From positions 6,533,950 to 6,597,949 of the forward strand of contig NC_134026.1 of assembly GCF_964204645.1 (NCBI RefSeq): a stretch of DNA of 64,000 bases. The letters run 5' to 3'. Below the pieces are notes generated by a model that ran no database searches, was not told where the DNA came from, and was given only the letters and a program-made list of their open reading frames with translations. The translations under genes and the position numbers were made by a program. The stretch is from Tubulanus polymorphus. Lineage: Eukaryota > Animalia > Nemertea. Positions 53,954 through 64,000 of the stretch are shown here, one piece after another; positions within the stretch are counted from its first letter, which is position 1; each line of letters begins with the position of its first letter.

Positions 53954-54091
53954 CCCTCTCTCCCTCTCTCCCTCTCACTCTCTCCATCTCTCACTCTCTC
54001 CCTCTCTCCTCTCCCTCTCTCCCTCCCTCCCTCCCCTCTCTCCCTCTCTCCCTCTCACTCTCTCCATCTCGCCCTCCCTCCCCTCTCTCCC
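53954..54091. repeat. CT-rich low-complexity tract
   Basis: Nearly pure C/T sequence with CTCTCC units. Confidence 0.9.
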
Positions 54092-54640
54092 ATAGGTTTC
54101 TCATTAAGTGTGGGATTCTGCCAGTTTACTGTTCACCTTCCACGCGAGAATCGCGGTGAAATTAGCCGCAATTTTTGTATTATCCCGCGTTAAATCGAAG
54201 CAATTAGTGCGGTAGATTCTGCTAATCTGCGGAGATTTGTTTGTAATGTAGCACTGATCGACGAGTATCGGTAACGCGGTACGTTTCCGTTATCGCCTCA
54301 TCAAACATTACGTCAAAATGTTGCTTAAGTTCCCTACGAGTGTTGATTCGTCATTCATTGAACACGCGGGCAATCAGACATTAAGCCTTAAAACACATCG
54401 ACTGTCTGGGGCAATCAGACAACATCACTGCCGGGTCGCTTTTCCGAACTCGTTCTTAAAAATCTCTTCGGATCAAACTGAAATATGAGTTTGAAGATAA
54501 ACCCGTAGCCAGGAAGATTCGATTTATTCATCAAGCACCTTTTTCAAAGATCCACTCGTCGGAAATTTACCCCAAAGAGGGGAGGATTTTAGAATAGGAT
54601 TCGAGTTTCTTGTTGATAATGTTTAAAATGACACATACTA

Positions 54641-55003
54641 GCTGCGATCACACGGAGTTGGAACGGACCAGGCCCGAACAAAATTTGGCCCGTGAAGTTA
54701 AGTGAGTCATTTCCGGAACCAGTTACAGTTCAAACGCAACAATTTGTCCCGTGCTAAAGTTTGGCTCGGGTCTTGTCCGAAGTTTTTAGCCGGGCCAACA
54801 AACAATCACGGGCCCATTTGGCACCCGTGTGAACAGTTGGCCAAATTTGTCATGTGCTTAATTTTGCCTCGGGCCTTGTCCGACGTTTTCGGTCGGGCCA
54901 AATTTTGCCCGGACCAGACAGGGACGGGCCCATTTGACGCCCGTGTGAACAGTTGTTCCGGGCCAAATTTGGTACGGGCCAAAAACGCTCGTGTGATCGC
55001 GGC
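54641..55003. mobile_element. MITE with short TIRs
   Basis: GCTGCGATCACACG ... CGTGTGATCGCGGC, flanked by TA on both sides, with internal repeated GGGCCAAATTT / CCCGTGTGAACAGTTG motifs. Confidence 0.75.
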
Positions 55004-55783
55004 TACTATGGAAATCAACTGGTTGTCGAAATTATTATGTGAATTACCGGTTTTTCTAGGTTTGGACACCGTCCCCGAATAAATCCTCACTGACGGCGGG
55101 CCTGAGACCTTCAAATCGAGATGTTTGAAATACGATATATACTTAACAACAATCTATTCTTACTCCGCAGTAGATCATCAGTATCAAACGAGGAAAAATG
55201 GAGCGCAGTTTCAAAAGACAAATTTAGAATAGTTTTGAAATTTATGCTTCGTAAGTTCGTAAATTAAAAAGTCACCCTCGCCACCCAGGAATAAACAGAT
55301 TTCTAAGAAACTGCAAGGTGTAATCCTACGTGAAACCAACAACAAAACAACGCACGCAAAAAACTATCACTTTGTTTCTACGCGTGGAAACTTCAGTTTG
55401 TAATCTGATGCAAACAGGACGAAATAGTTACATTTTCTTCAAACTGTTGTCAAAACATAGAGGCGATTTTTTTGTGTGTTCTGTACAAAACGCATTCCGT
55501 TTTCGCTTTTTTTACGTATCGCGGCGGTAGAGAAATAAACCAAACCAAAGCTCCTTCCCCTCAACCACTCCCCCGGGTCGAGATCTTTCCTCAGATTTCA
55601 CTAGAAATGATTTATTAAACCAAACGCGCTTTCCTGCGCTTATATTTACATTTTCACTCTGGTGTTTATTCGATATTAAAGACTTCATGTGAGAATTTCG
55701 TTTGCAAATACCGTGTCAGCGAAATTACAGACTAATTTGTCTGAAAATTGATGATTAATGTTTCGTTTATTTTCAGAACAGAA

Positions 55784-62043
<6,260 letters not shown>

Positions 62044-64000
62044 GTAAGTGAAAAAAAAAATAATTTTCATCGCACGAACGAAACCTGAATCCAGAGTTCC
62101 GAATATTCGATCCTGATTGAAAATGAACTAATCTAACTCTACAGTCAAATTATGAAAATTGGGGGATTTTTATTTCATCGGAGTTCTGATTGAAAGAAAA
62201 TCATCGCAGCCTCAGGGATAAATCCACATCCACTTTATGATATTTCTTCGAATTATGACTCACTGGAAATATGAAATTTGAAATGTGAAATGATATTTTC
62301 GGCCCCAGCGCTTCGAACGGGATGAGTTCCTTGGGCAGGTTTCGACTGAACATATTCCGGATTAGGAGTAGCAATTCCGGGTTACAAATTCTCTACTGAC
62401 ACATCTATCAGGAACAGATAATGCTTCGTAGAGCATATTCTGATCGAAACGAACGCGCCATGAGGAGAATTCCCGAATCGGAAGAGACCAACCGAAACCT
62501 GCCTTCAAATGGTGGCCTTCAGCAAACTAGATTTTTCTTTGGAATTTGCAAATAATTCTAATTGGTCCCCAAATACAACGAAATCATAGAAGCAAGCTGA
62601 TTGATTGAAGGTATAGGTATAGCGGGTAAGCTGTAAGCATAAATCTATGTAAGAATGGACACTTTTTACAGCGTGCTCGTGGAGAAACAAATCAACAGCA
62701 GTCAACAACATATCCTCCTTCCGTCCCGAAATCAAATAGGACCACAGTATGTAATATACCAGATTTCAATGTTTTTTTTCATTCACTCATTTTGGTTTAC
62801 GATACTAAAACCCTCCAGGTCGATCGAAACCTGAAATTAAGCACCCTACGTAACCTATTTTCACAAAGCATGTGTGTTGTTTAAACCCCCCGTGGTGGTG
62901 TTGAAGTTTGTCCTTCCTCTCGAAGTCCTACCTTCACCTTCCTATTCATGTGATGTGTTACAACGGTTTGATTTGCTGCAAAGGTGTATTTATTTTGTGA
63001 CAACAAATAAACGGATCCCCGTTGAAAACTTGAATTGAACAACTGGGTCCTTTTTGGCATATGTCAGTCTAAGCAGACTATGGGTCTGTGCAGTTCGTGA
63101 TATAAAATCCCAAATTGAAAAGAAAAGAGTCAGAAATGTTTCCTTGAGCTACACCATTCGACGTTTCGAATATGCCCTAATAGAGACACCATAGGAATAC
63201 TAATAATGATAGTGTGATATAACATAATTATGAGATGTAATAAGCTAAGCAGTCCGCGACAAAGGACATAGTAGAGGCTATTGATACTGTGTCTAACGTG
63301 CTTGGACTGTGACTGGTGATCAGAGAGAATGGGAGTCCCCATATCACTGTTCACAAATGAAGTCTGAAGCTGGTCTATAACTGGGTCCTCTTGTGTATAT
63401 GTCTAGAGAGGCTCCAAAGCTAATTATTAATCGATACATAAACAATTGTATATACAAATATCTGGTTCATTCGTACATACAACAAGTCTTAGGTCGGCAC
63501 GGCTTACGGATTGGAGTTGTGCGCGATGAAATATGGTTGGACGGGATTTAGCTTCAAGATTTTAGATTCAAACAATTTATGTTCAGAATAACAATTGAGC
63601 CTACAACGACCCACGTTATTACTTACCCCTTTGTTCGTTTGTGTGTAACTTTCGTGTTGTTGCTATCTTTTAAACTCTTGAAATATTACTTGGATGTCGA
63701 CATAAAAGATAATGTTGATATAGTCACGGAATTATTCTAGTGTTGATATGAATTCGCTGCCGAGTCATCCAAGTAGTATCGTTCTAAATGCATGAGCAAT
63801 AATTCAGACACTTCTTATCTAAACATTCTAATCGAACACATTTTAATCAATTTATTCACACTTTTTCTAACCACAGTCCAGAGATTTAACATGTCCTTTA
63901 AATTGTATTGTGATACCTAAAACATCAGTTCGCATGCGAGGGAAATTGAAGGGGATGTTGTCCATCTAATTTCTGATAGAAACTAATTTTCACGAACGGT

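Noticed and set aside
54702-55114. 126-aa and 102-aa ORFs
   Set aside because: They lie within a GC-rich MITE and show no recognisable protein motifs.

Overview
AT-rich, intron-rich animal genomic DNA. Gene content and repeat style suggest a marine invertebrate, probably a lophotrochozoan (inference). Most six-frame ORFs are spurious or single exons. Manual GT-AG splicing gives five protein-coding genes: (1) a ~23-exon uncharacterised coiled-coil/putative Zn-motif protein (- strand, 352-13378); (2) head-to-head with it, a ~14-exon type II membrane protein with a SEA domain (FSSGSVIV motif) and Cys-rich modules (+, 13974-21142); (3) a two-exon ecdysis-triggering-hormone-receptor-like class A GPCR (-, 24243-32562); (4) a TMEM74/neurensin-family gene (-, 40676-41071); (5) the 5' part of a COL9A1-like gene (signal peptide + TSPN/NC4 domain; +, from 55784, running out of the window). 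The most notable non-coding signal is a cluster of three diverged Pol III-type small RNA genes at 42.4-43.6 kb. They show vault RNA hallmarks: box A followed by TTACTTCG, box B, a 5'/3' panhandle, a variable middle and a TTTT terminator. Also present are inverted pairs of minimal hammerhead-ribozyme-like (Penelope-type) motifs, MITE/foldback elements with target-site duplications (TSDs), tRNA-derived SINEs, LINE 3' ends and simple repeats. Exon coordinates were read by eye and may be off by a few nt.
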